The translations under genes were made by a program, and so were the position numbers. A stretch of 64,000 nt of DNA from Gemmatimonadota bacterium (GTDB lineage Bacteria > Gemmatimonadota > Gemmatimonadetes > Palauibacterales > Palauibacteraceae): NCBI GenBank assembly GCA_046757885.1, contig JBHHZD010000009.1, positions 1,779-65,778 of the forward strand, read 5' to 3'. Shown in pieces: positions 37,088 through 45,014 of this stretch. The stretch's first letter is position 1. Every line of letters begins with the position of its first letter. The notes under the pieces are model-generated. The model was not told the DNA's origin and searched no databases. It saw only the letters and a program-made list of their open reading frames with translations.

Positions 37088-37648
37088 GTGACCCTGTGGC
37101 TCGTCGTCCTCCTCGTCGTCGCCGCCGGCACCGTCGTCGTCTACAACGGGCTCGTGCGTCTCCGCGTCCGGAGCGAGAACGCGTGGGCGGACATCGACGT
37201 CCAGCTCAAGCGCCGCTACGACCTCATCCCGAACCTCGTCGAGACGGTGAAGGGCTACGCGAGCCACGAGAGAGAGACCCTCGAGGCGGTGATCGAAGCG
37301 CGGAATCGGGCCATGGGTGCCGCGGGACCCGCCGCGAAGGCGCAGGCGGAAGGGGCCCTGACGAACGCCCTGAAATCTCTGTTCGCCCTCGCGGAGGCGT
37401 ATCCGCAGCTCCGCGCCGTGGAGAGCTTCACGCAGCTCCAGGGGACGCTGCAGGACATCGAGGAGGCGGTTCAGAACGCCCGCCGCTACTACAACGCGGT
37501 CGTGCGGGACCTGAACACGAAGATCGACCAGTTCCCCTCCAACCTCGTCGCGAGGGCCTTCCGCTTCGAGAAGGAGGAGTTCTTCGAGCTCACGGACGAG
37601 ACCCAGCGGGAGGCACCACGCGTCCGCTTCGACGAGACCGGCGACTGA
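37088..37648 (+). CDS. LemA-family protein
   Basis: GTG at 37088 with GGAGGAG upstream. N-terminal TM, then YNGLV.LR...NAWADIDVQLKRRYDLIPNLVETVKGYA.HE, a canonical LemA sequence. Confidence 0.9.
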   Translation: MTLWLVVLLVVAAGTVVVYNGLVRLRVRSENAWADIDVQLKRRYDLIPNLVETVKGYASHERETLEAVIEARNRAMGAAGPAAKAQAEGALTNALKSLFALAEAYPQLRAVESFTQLQGTLQDIEEAVQNARRYYNAVVRDLNTKIDQFPSNLVARAFRFEKEEFFELTDETQREAPRVRFDETGD

Positions 37649-37691
37649 CTCGACGGGGACGCGCCGCCCCGGCTCGGGGAGAGCGCTTCGC

Positions 37692-39527
37692 GTGAGGAAG
37701 CTGCGCCTCGCGGCCGCTCTCGTGGCCCTCTGCGCTGCCCCCGGACTCGCGGGGGCGGTGCGCCCGGATGTCGCCGATCCCGGACGCACGGCGGACGCCG
37801 CGGCCGTCCGGTCGTGGGTCATCGAAGACTTCGCGGTGGACCTTCACGTTCTCCGCAGCGGCTCGATCGACGTGACCGAGACCATCCGGGTCCGGTTCCA
37901 GGGGGCCTTCAACGGCATCTTCCGCACGATCCCGATCGAGTACCGGGACCCACGGGGCTTCGCGTACACCCTGCGCGTGGACGTCCGCGAGGTCACCGAC
38001 GCGGAGGGGCAGCCGCTGAAGGTCGAGTCGAGGCGCCGGGGCGGGATGCGAAACCTGAAGATCTGGGTGCCCGGAGCCCGGGACGCGACCCGGACCGTGA
38101 TCCTCCGATATCGCGTGGCGAACGGCCTCCGGTTCTTCGAGGAGAACGGGCTCGCCTGGGACGAGCTCTACTGGAACGCGACCGGGAGTGAGTGGCCGGT
38201 GCCCATCGAGTCCGCGAGCGCTCGGGTTCGGCTCCCGTCGCAGGCGTCGGGCGTGCGGGCCCGGGCGTTCACGGGCGCCTACGGCTCGTCCGAAGAAAAC
38301 GCCACAGTCCGCGCGGACGGGCCACGGATCGACGTGATCGCCGGAAGGCCGCTCGGGATTCACGAGGGGCTGACGGTGGACGTGGCCTGGGACTCCTACA
38401 TCGGGGCCGGGGGAGGGCCGGGCGCGGGGCCAGCCGCCGAGCTCCTCATCCGCCGCCCCGGCAAGCTCGAGGCGGCGGTGGCCTTCCTGCGCAGCAACTG
38501 GCTCCTCGTCCTCCCCATCCTCGTGTTCGTCCTTCTCTACCGCCGCTGGCGCCGGGTCGGACGCGATCCGCGCCGGAGGCCGATCACGACGCGATACGAT
38601 CCGCCCGAAGACATGACGCCCTCGGAAGCGGGCGTCCTCATCGACAATCGGCCGGACATGCGGGACATCACGGCGATGCTCGTGGATCTCGCGGTGCGCG
38701 GCTATCTCCTCATCGAGGAGACGGAGTCCGAGAAGCTCCTCGGGCTCGTGAAGCAGACGGACCACGTGTTCGAGCTTCGCCGCAGCCCGCACGAGGCGGC
38801 GGACCTGAAGCCGCACGAGCGAAAGATGATCTCGGCGCTGTTCGATGGTGGGGGCGTCGGCGCGCGAACCTCGGTGTCGGATCTGGAGAACAGCTTCTAC
38901 CGGGACCTCCCGGGCATCCGCGCCGCGATCTTCGAGGAGCTCATCGCCCGCGGGTTGTACGATCGGCGGCCCGACCGGGTCACGAGACGGTACGTCGTCG
39001 CCGGCGCGCTCATCGCGGGCGGCCTCCTCGGGCCCGGCATCGCCCTCGGGGCCCGGTTCGGCCTTCCCCCGGTGACCGTGGTCCTGGCGGGTCTTCTCTC
39101 CGCCGCCCTCATCATCGGCTTCGGATTCGTGATGCCGGCGAGGACGGTGGCCGGGACGAGGGCTCTGGAGGACGTGCTGGGCTTCGAGGAGTTCCTGGAT
39201 CGGGTGGAGGCGGACCGCTTCCGCAAGATCATCACGGGACCCGACATGTTCGAGCGCTATCTGCCCTACGCCATGGCGTTCGGCGTCGAGAAGCACTGGG
39301 TCTCCGCCTTCGAGGACATCTGCAAGGAGCCGCCGGACTGGTATCGCGGCACGGCGGTGACGGGGTTTCACCCGAGTCTGTTCGTGAGTCAGCTGTCCGG
39401 GATGGCGGGGAGAACGGCGACGGCGATGGCGTCGGCGCCGCGCAGCTCCGGCGGATCGGGCTTCGGGGGCGGAGGCGGCGGCTTCTCGGGAGGGGGCTTC
39501 GGCGGCGGAGGCGGCGGCGCCTTCTGA
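37692..39527 (+). CDS. DUF2207-family membrane protein with Gly-rich C-terminal tail
   Basis: GTG at 37692 with a signal peptide. An N-terminal extracytoplasmic domain (F.G..R.IP..Y), central TM helices, and the C-terminal GGSGFGGGGGGFSGGGFGGGGGGAF. This is the usual partner of LemA. Confidence 0.85.
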   Translation: MRKLRLAAALVALCAAPGLAGAVRPDVADPGRTADAAAVRSWVIEDFAVDLHVLRSGSIDVTETIRVRFQGAFNGIFRTIPIEYRDPRGFAYTLRVDVREVTDAEGQPLKVESRRRGGMRNLKIWVPGARDATRTVILRYRVANGLRFFEENGLAWDELYWNATGSEWPVPIESASARVRLPSQASGVRARAFTGAYGSSEENATVRADGPRIDVIAGRPLGIHEGLTVDVAWDSYIGAGGGPGAGPAAELLIRRPGKLEAAVAFLRSNWLLVLPILVFVLLYRRWRRVGRDPRRRPITTRYDPPEDMTPSEAGVLIDNRPDMRDITAMLVDLAVRGYLLIEETESEKLLGLVKQTDHVFELRRSPHEAADLKPHERKMISALFDGGGVGARTSVSDLENSFYRDLPGIRAAIFEELIARGLYDRRPDRVTRRYVVAGALIAGGLLGPGIALGARFGLPPVTVVLAGLLSAALIIGFGFVMPARTVAGTRALEDVLGFEEFLDRVEADRFRKIITGPDMFERYLPYAMAFGVEKHWVSAFEDICKEPPDWYRGTAVTGFHPSLFVSQLSGMAGRTATAMASAPRSSGGSGFGGGGGGFSGGGFGGGGGGAF

Positions 39528-39624
39528 CCCCGAATCGCCGTCGGGTCTCGTTGCTGGACGGGAGGCGATAGGTTGGTGCCTCCGGGGAGGCCGGCGAGAT
39601 CGGGCGACCGGTCGAGGCTCGCGC

Positions 39625-40113
39625 ATGGAACATTCGGAGAATGGAAGCATGGTAGATGTCGGCGATGTGGCCCCGGGATTCGAGCTGCCCTGCGCGCCGG
39701 GAGAGCTCGTGGACGTCGAGGGCCATCTCGGCCGGGAGAAGGTCGTCCTCCTCTTCTTCCCGCTCGCGTTCAGCCCGGTGTGCACGACGGAGCTCTGCCG
39801 GGTGAGCCGGATGTGGGACGAGCTCGAGGGTCTCGACGCCCGCGTGTTCGGGATCAGCGTGGACAGCCCGTTCGTGACCGACAGGTTCCGGCGCGAGGAG
39901 GGCATCGGCTTTCCCCTCCTCTCGGACTTCAATCGGCGGGTCGCGGAACGCTATGGCGTTCTCTACGAGGAGCTCCTCGGCCTTCGGGGCGTCTCGAAGC
40001 GCGCCGTGTTCGTCGTGGGCGCGAACGGACGCGTGGCCTGGCGCTGGATCGCGGAAGAAGCCGGCATGGAGCCGGATTACGACGAGGTCGTGGCCGCCGT
40101 GGAGGCGGCGTGA
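39625..40113 (+). CDS. Peroxiredoxin (AhpC/TSA family, AhpE/Bcp-like)
   Basis: FPLAFSPVCTTE peroxidatic Cys motif. An alternative start is the ATG at 39649 (MVDVGDVAPGF, GGAGAA upstream). Confidence 0.85.
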   Translation: MEHSENGSMVDVGDVAPGFELPCAPGELVDVEGHLGREKVVLLFFPLAFSPVCTTELCRVSRMWDELEGLDARVFGISVDSPFVTDRFRREEGIGFPLLSDFNRRVAERYGVLYEELLGLRGVSKRAVFVVGANGRVAWRWIAEEAGMEPDYDEVVAAVEAA

Positions 40114-41462
40114 GAGCGCCCATCGGGGGCGGCCCGGCCCGCCTCCTCATCGCCCTCTGCGTCACGGCGCCGCTCTGGCCCGGCCCGGAAATCGCGGCTC
40201 AGGAGACGGGCGGCGCGAGCCCGCACGCGAGCCCGCCGAGCACGGGCTTGGCCGCCGCGGCCGAGCGGTACATGGAGAACGTTCGCTGGCTGGCGGCGGA
40301 CGAGCGGGGCGGGCGCAAGGTCGGGAGCCCGGGGATCGCGGAGGCCGCCGACTGGCTTCAGGCACGCTTCGAGGCGCTGGGACTCGAGCCCGCCGGAGAC
40401 GCCGGGACGTACCGTCAGGCGTTCCGCGCGCCGCTCGATCCCGGCGGCGCTCACGGAACGGGCGCGGCGGAGACTCGTGTCGATGCCTACAACATCGTGG
40501 GGCGCCTTCTCGCCGGCGCGGAGAACGTCCGCCCCGGCACCCTCGTCATCGGAGCGCACTACGACCACCTCGGCATGGGGGGCTTCGGCTCGCTGGAGCC
40601 GGACACGCAGGCCGTCCACAACGGAGCGGACGACAACGCCTCGGGCACGGCGGCGCTGCTCGAGGTGTCGCGCCTTCTCGCGGACCGGAGGAAGGAGCTG
40701 AGGCGAGACGTGTACGTGGTCGCCTTCTCCGGCGAGGAGGAAGGCACGATCGGATCCACGGCGTTCGTGAACGCGCCTCCGGCCGGCACGGCCGTGGCCG
40801 ACATCCGGGCCATGCTGAACATGGACATGGTCGGGCGCCTGAGGGGACGGCGGCTTTCCGTGCTCGGCGGCGCCTCCGCGCAGGAGTGGCCGGAGCTCGT
40901 CGGGCCCGCGTGCGAGGACCACGATCTGATCTGCGTGATCGGGGGGGACGGGTTCGGCTCGTCCGACCAGAATCCGTTCTTCGCGGCCGGCGTTCCGGTC
41001 CTGCACTTCTTCACCGGTGCGCACTCGGAGTACCACCGCCCGTCCGACGACGCCGACCTCATCAACGCGCCGGGCGCCGTGAGCGTGGCGCGCCTCGTGG
41101 CGGACGTGGCGCTCGCGGTCGCGGCCCGCGAGACGCCGCTCACGCTCGTCGCCGCGGCGGCCGCGCCGCAGCGCGAGCGCATGCGGGGGGGAGCCCGGCT
41201 GGGCACGATCCCGGACTATGCCGGGCCGGCGGACGGGAGCCCGGGTCTTCTGCTCTCGGCCGTGCGGCCAGACAGTCCCGCGGAGAAGGGTGGGCTCCGT
41301 CGAGGCGACCTCATCGTCCGAATCGATGACGAGGAGATCGCCGGCATAGAGGACTTCATGCGCGTTCTGCAGGCCGCGACGCCGGGCCAGAAGGCCAGGG
41401 TCACGGTCATCCGGGGCGGCGAGCGGGTCGAGCTCGCCGTGACGTACGGCGCACGGCGCTGA
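40110..41462 (+). CDS. M28-family metallopeptidase with C-terminal PDZ domain
   Basis: GTG at 40110 overlaps the peroxiredoxin stop (GTGA). Signal peptide present. HYDHLG, HNGADDNASG and FSGEEEG metal-ligand motifs. C-terminal PDZ (GLLLSAVRPDSPAEKGGLRRGDLIVRIDD). Confidence 0.85.
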   Translation: MRAPIGGGPARLLIALCVTAPLWPGPEIAAQETGGASPHASPPSTGLAAAAERYMENVRWLAADERGGRKVGSPGIAEAADWLQARFEALGLEPAGDAGTYRQAFRAPLDPGGAHGTGAAETRVDAYNIVGRLLAGAENVRPGTLVIGAHYDHLGMGGFGSLEPDTQAVHNGADDNASGTAALLEVSRLLADRRKELRRDVYVVAFSGEEEGTIGSTAFVNAPPAGTAVADIRAMLNMDMVGRLRGRRLSVLGGASAQEWPELVGPACEDHDLICVIGGDGFGSSDQNPFFAAGVPVLHFFTGAHSEYHRPSDDADLINAPGAVSVARLVADVALAVAARETPLTLVAAAAAPQRERMRGGARLGTIPDYAGPADGSPGLLLSAVRPDSPAEKGGLRRGDLIVRIDDEEIAGIEDFMRVLQAATPGQKARVTVIRGGERVELAVTYGARR

Positions 41463-41508
41463 GAGGCTCGATCCCGGACCGAAACGGATCGACATCCAGG
41501 CGTAGGCG

Positions 41509-43041
41509 ATGAACGAACTGGCGGCGTTGACGGCGCTGTACGAGACGACCCGCGCGATCGGGCTGCGCGACACCTTCGACGAGCTGCTGGACGAGGTCCT
41601 CGAGAGAGCCCAGGCGCTCATCGGCTTCCAGCACTGCGCCCTCATGTTGTACGACCGGGAAGCCGGGACGCTGGCGGTCACCCGGGCCCGCGGCTACGGG
41701 GATCGCCTCGACGAGATCCTGCGGCTTCAGATCAGCGCGGGCCAGGGTCTGTCCGGATGGGCCGTCGAGCACCGCGAGGCCGTCCGCGTCGATGACGTCC
41801 GGAAGGACGGCCGGTACGTCCCGGGCCTGCTCGAGGCGCGCTCCAACCTCGCGGTCCCGTTGATCATCGGAAACGAGGTCGCCGGCGTGATCAACGTCGA
41901 GTCCGAGCGCGTCGGCGCGTTCACGGAAGAGCACGAGAAGATGCTCACGGTTCTCGGTGCGCAGGCGGCGCTCGCGATCCTGACCCAGCGAGCTCAGGAC
42001 GACCTGAAGCAGCGGATCGAGCAGCTGAGCGCGCTGTACCGGATCAGCCAGCTCGCGAGCGACGGCGACGACCTCAAGGCCACCCTCCAGGCGATGCTCG
42101 GCATTGCCCAGGAGGTCATTCCACAGGGCCCCGTCGCGATCCTCCTGGCGGACGAGGGACGGCGCTGCCTCCGGCTGGTGGCCGGACACGGCTACACGTC
42201 CGACGCCTGGGAGCTCGAGATCCCGATCGGACGGGGGGTTACGGGCCGTTGCGCGGAGACCGGCCAGATCGCGGTCATCGGAGACGTGCTGGACCTCGAC
42301 CCGGACGACTACATCCGGGGCGTCCCGGGGGCTCGCAGCGAGATCGCCGTCCCGCTCGTCATCGAGGGCCGGGTCATCGGCGTCCTGAACGCGGAATCGC
42401 TGGAGCCGTGGGCGTTCAGCACGATCCACCAGCAGACGCTCTCCGTCATCGCAAGGCAGGCGGCCGTCGTGATCCGGAGCGCGCAGCTCCACGACGAGAC
42501 CCGTCGGCTCTCCATCACCGACGCGCTCACCGGCGTCTACAACCGCCGGTACTTCTCCCAGCGGCTCGACGAGTGCATCCAGCGCTCCCGGCGGTACGAC
42601 GAGCCGCTCTCGTTCATCCTGCTCGATCTGGATTACTTCAAGTCCGTCAACGACCGGTTCGGTCACCACGCGGGTGACGAGGCCCTCGTGACCCTGGCCG
42701 GGACGCTCCGCGCCGAGGTCCGGGAGACGGATTTCATCTCCCGCCTCGGCGGCGAGGAGTTCGGGATCGTGCTCGTGCAGACACCCCGGGAGGCCGCCGT
42801 CGAGGTGGCGGAGCGGATCCGGAACCGCATCGAGGAGCAGGTGCTTTGGCCCAGCTCCGACGAGACGCTGGGCCTCACGGCCTCACTCGGCGTCGCGTTC
42901 TTCCCGGAGGACGGCGACGATCCCAAGGCCCTGTTCGCGTCGGCGGACCGAGCCCTGTACGAGGCGAAGCGTGCGGGACGAAACCGGGTCGTCTCCAGCG
43001 CGGCGCTCGCCGATGACGAAGGGGGAGAGACGGATGGGTAG
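41509..43041 (+). CDS. GAF-GAF-GGDEF diguanylate cyclase
   Basis: Two GAF-like modules, then DALTGVYNRRYF and GGEEFGIVL (GGEEF active site). Confidence 0.9.
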   Translation: MNELAALTALYETTRAIGLRDTFDELLDEVLERAQALIGFQHCALMLYDREAGTLAVTRARGYGDRLDEILRLQISAGQGLSGWAVEHREAVRVDDVRKDGRYVPGLLEARSNLAVPLIIGNEVAGVINVESERVGAFTEEHEKMLTVLGAQAALAILTQRAQDDLKQRIEQLSALYRISQLASDGDDLKATLQAMLGIAQEVIPQGPVAILLADEGRRCLRLVAGHGYTSDAWELEIPIGRGVTGRCAETGQIAVIGDVLDLDPDDYIRGVPGARSEIAVPLVIEGRVIGVLNAESLEPWAFSTIHQQTLSVIARQAAVVIRSAQLHDETRRLSITDALTGVYNRRYFSQRLDECIQRSRRYDEPLSFILLDLDYFKSVNDRFGHHAGDEALVTLAGTLRAEVRETDFISRLGGEEFGIVLVQTPREAAVEVAERIRNRIEEQVLWPSSDETLGLTASLGVAFFPEDGDDPKALFASADRALYEAKRAGRNRVVSSAALADDEGGETDG

Positions 43042-43366
43042 CGAAGACCTGGCCCGGAGAGAGTGTGTTCCCTGCCGCGGAGGCGTTCCGCCCCTGCAGG
43101 GTGAGGCCCTGGGCGAGCTGGCGGCCCGCCTCGGCGGAGGCTGGGAGGTCGTCGACGGCCATCATCTCGAGAAGACCTACCCCTTCCCGGACTTCGGCAC
43201 GGCCCTCGCCTTCACGAACGAGGTCGGCCGGGTCGCCGAGGAGCAGAATCACCACCCCGACATCCACCTCTCCTGGGGGGCCGTGCGGGTGACGATCTGG
43301 ACCCACAAGATCGACGGACTCACGGAGAGCGACTTCGTCTTCGCGGCGAAGATCGACGCGCTCTAG
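43034..43366 (+). CDS. Pterin-4a-carbinolamine dehydratase
   Basis: ATG at 43034, an 8-nt overlap with the cyclase gene. 110 aa. ...EEQNHHPDI...W..V.V.L.TH... signature. Confidence 0.9.
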   Translation: MGSEDLARRECVPCRGGVPPLQGEALGELAARLGGGWEVVDGHHLEKTYPFPDFGTALAFTNEVGRVAEEQNHHPDIHLSWGAVRVTIWTHKIDGLTESDFVFAAKIDAL

Positions 43367-43370
43367 CCGG

Positions 43371-43388
43371 CCGCGGCACGCGCCGCGG
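43371..43388 (+). terminator. Short GC hairpin after the dehydratase gene (weak terminator candidate)
   Basis: CCGCGGC-ACGC-GCCGCGG, a 7-bp stem 5 nt after the stop. No U tract. Confidence 0.3.
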
Positions 43389-43498
43389 GCCCGCCAACTT
43401 GCTGTCCGGCGCGGATCGCCGCGATATTGGGCGCACATCGCCGGGCACGATCCCGGTTCGCCAGTGACGCTCCACTCCAGCGGAGGTCGTGACGAGGC

Positions 43499-44995
43499 AT
43501 GGGTGCAATGACACGAGTCGAGCCGATCGAGGGCCGGGAGAAGCACTTCTTCGGTCACCCGCGCGGCCTCTCCACGCTCTTCTTCACGGAGCTCTGGGAG
43601 CGGTTCAGCTACTACGGGATGCGGGCCATCCTCGTCCTGTTCATGACGGCCGCCGTCGTGGACGGCGGGATGGGCCTGAACACCGTTCGGGCGACGGCGA
43701 TCTACGGGCTCTACACGGCGTCGGTGTACCTGCTCGCGCTCCCCGGCGGCTGGGTGGCGGACCGTCTGCTCGGACAGCGTCACGCCGTGTTTCTCGGCGG
43801 GTCCATCATCGCGGCCGGGCACTTCAGCATGGCGATCCCCGCGACCCCGACCTTCTACCTGGGCCTGTTTCTCATCGTGATCGGCACGGGGCTCCTGAAG
43901 CCGAACGTGAGCGCGATCGTCGGGGACCTCTACACGGCGGAGGAGGGAGAGCGGCGGGACGCCGGCTTCTCGATCTTCTACATGGGGATCAACCTGGGCG
44001 CCCTCGTCGGACCGCTCATCTGCGGCACGCTGGGCGAGCGCGTGAACTGGCACCTCGGGTTCAGCGCCGCGGGCATCGGGATGGTGTTCGGCCTCATCCA
44101 GTATCGGCTCGGAGGCGCGTTCCTCGGATCGGCGGGGATGCTTCGCGACGAGGCGCGGGAGACGCGCGGGGCCGCGCTGCGGACGCTGATGCTCGGGATC
44201 CTCGGGGTCGTGGGCCTCACGCTCGCCGTCTACCTCCTCGGCCGCACCGGCATCATCGGGATCACCGTGGAGGGAGTCGCGGACGCGACCGGCTACATCA
44301 TCGTCTCGCTCGCCGTCCTCTACTTCATGTACGTGCTCTCGTTCGGGCACCTGGCGACGCCCGAGAAGAAGCGGGTCATCGTCATCTTCTTCCTCTTCCT
44401 CGGCGCGGCCCTGTTCTGGTCCGGCTTCGAGCAGGCCGGCTCGTCCATGAACCTGTTCGCCCGGGATCTCACGGACCGCGTCGTACTCGGCTGGGAACAC
44501 CCGGCGAGCTGGTACCAGTCGGTGAACCCGATCTTCATCGTCCTCCTGGCGCCGGTGTTCGGCTGGCTGTGGGTCACCCTCGGATCGCGGTCGCCTTCCC
44601 TGCCCGTGAAGTTCGGGCTCGGCCTCGCCCTGCTCGGAGTCGGGTTCTTCGTCATCGCGTGGGGGGCGTCGTTCGCGACTCCGGAGAATCCCGTCAGCCC
44701 CATGTGGCTCGTCGTGATGTACTTCCTCCACACGACCGGAGAGCTGTGCTTGAGCCCCGTCGGGCTGAGCAGCGTGACGAAGCTGTCACCCAAGAAGCTC
44801 GTGGGTCAGATGATGGGGATCTGGTTCATGGGGGCGGCGCTCGGCAACCTCATCGCCGGCCGGCTCGCCGGCCAGTTCGAGTCCATGTCCCCGTCCCAGC
44901 TCTTCTTCTGGGTCGCCGTGATCGCCGGCGGATCGGGTGTCGTCTTCTTCCTCGCCAGCCGCCCCATCAAGAAGCTGATGGGGGGCGTGCACTAG
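43499..44995 (+). CDS. POT/PTR2-family di/tripeptide:proton symporter
   Basis: FFGHPRGLSTLFFTELWERFSYYGMRAILVLFM is the canonical POT N-terminal motif. 498 aa, multi-TM. Confidence 0.9.
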   Translation: MGAMTRVEPIEGREKHFFGHPRGLSTLFFTELWERFSYYGMRAILVLFMTAAVVDGGMGLNTVRATAIYGLYTASVYLLALPGGWVADRLLGQRHAVFLGGSIIAAGHFSMAIPATPTFYLGLFLIVIGTGLLKPNVSAIVGDLYTAEEGERRDAGFSIFYMGINLGALVGPLICGTLGERVNWHLGFSAAGIGMVFGLIQYRLGGAFLGSAGMLRDEARETRGAALRTLMLGILGVVGLTLAVYLLGRTGIIGITVEGVADATGYIIVSLAVLYFMYVLSFGHLATPEKKRVIVIFFLFLGAALFWSGFEQAGSSMNLFARDLTDRVVLGWEHPASWYQSVNPIFIVLLAPVFGWLWVTLGSRSPSLPVKFGLGLALLGVGFFVIAWGASFATPENPVSPMWLVVMYFLHTTGELCLSPVGLSSVTKLSPKKLVGQMMGIWFMGAALGNLIAGRLAGQFESMSPSQLFFWVAVIAGGSGVVFFLASRPIKKLMGGVH

Positions 44996-45014
44996 GTCGG
45001 GCGGGAGAGAGGCC

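Noticed and set aside
39448-39524. GGC/GGA-rich repetitive DNA that might be taken for a tandem repeat or array
   Set aside because: It is the in-frame Gly/Phe-rich C-terminal tail of the DUF2207 protein. There is no spacer/repeat periodicity. No CRISPR-like array occurs anywhere in the window.
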